Positions 63,903 to 64,000 of a stretch of 64,000 nt of DNA are shown here, one piece after another. Numbering within the stretch: position 1 is the stretch's first letter; each line of letters opens with the position of its first letter. This DNA is from Nemertoderma westbladi (Eukaryota > Animalia > Xenacoelomorpha), in the NCBI GenBank assembly GCA_032718475.1, contig JAUCBJ010004935.1:1-64000 (forward strand). Reading direction: 5' to 3'. The translations under genes were made by a program, and so were the position numbers. Under the pieces are notes generated by a model, which had not been told where the DNA came from, ran no database searches, and saw nothing but the letters and a program-made list of their open reading frames with translations.

Positions 63903-64000
63903 AAGTACCGGTTAGGACAGTTAGGCCTACGGACCTACAGAAGTACCGGTTCTGGCAGTTGGACCTACGGACCTACGGCAGTACCGGTTCTGGCAGTTGG
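63903..64000. repeat. ~38-bp tandem repeat continuing past the window end
   Basis: AGTACCGGTTCTGGCAGTTGGACCTACGGACCTAC units. Confidence 0.8.

Larger units (their letters stand above)
54195..64000 (-). mobile_element. Second large BEL/Pao element (BEL-2), 3'-truncated within integrase; its 5' non-coding region probably runs off the window
   Basis: gag 58403-61834, pol 54960-58358 and integrase 54195-55005 on the minus strand. The boundary beyond 61834 is not determinable. Confidence 0.85.

Overview
Eukaryotic DNA, probably from an animal (invertebrate-like). It is almost entirely nested transposable elements, and I see no host gene. The centrepiece is a ~19.5 kb BEL/Pao LTR retrotransposon (13116-32617; 1874-bp LTRs; ATAAA target-site duplication, TSD) with five unusual traits. 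(1) Its LTR ends are TA...TA instead of TG...CA. (2) It has no tRNA-type primer-binding site (PBS); the 11 nt after the 5' LTR are the exact reverse complement of an 11-mer inside its own LTR, suggesting Tf1-style self-priming. (3) A large extra ORF in the env position encodes a WRN/RNase D-like DEDDy 3'-5' exonuclease domain plus zinc knuckles, preceded by splice signals. (4) A 20-nt hairpin motif recurs 11 times through its coding and non-coding regions in different reading frames. (5) U3 carries a tRNA-like Pol III cassette. This element sits in a probable solo LTR, inside a gag-protease-only LTR element (11237-38565), inside an RTE-X-like LINE, and its own 5' LTR carries a 1.1-kb foldback insertion. 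The window also holds a degraded Gypsy split by a near-intact RTE LINE (70-bp TSD), a second truncated BEL/Pao on the minus strand, further LINE fragments, two SINEs, several MITEs, and micro- and minisatellites. All domain and family calls were made by eye from motifs; no searches were run.
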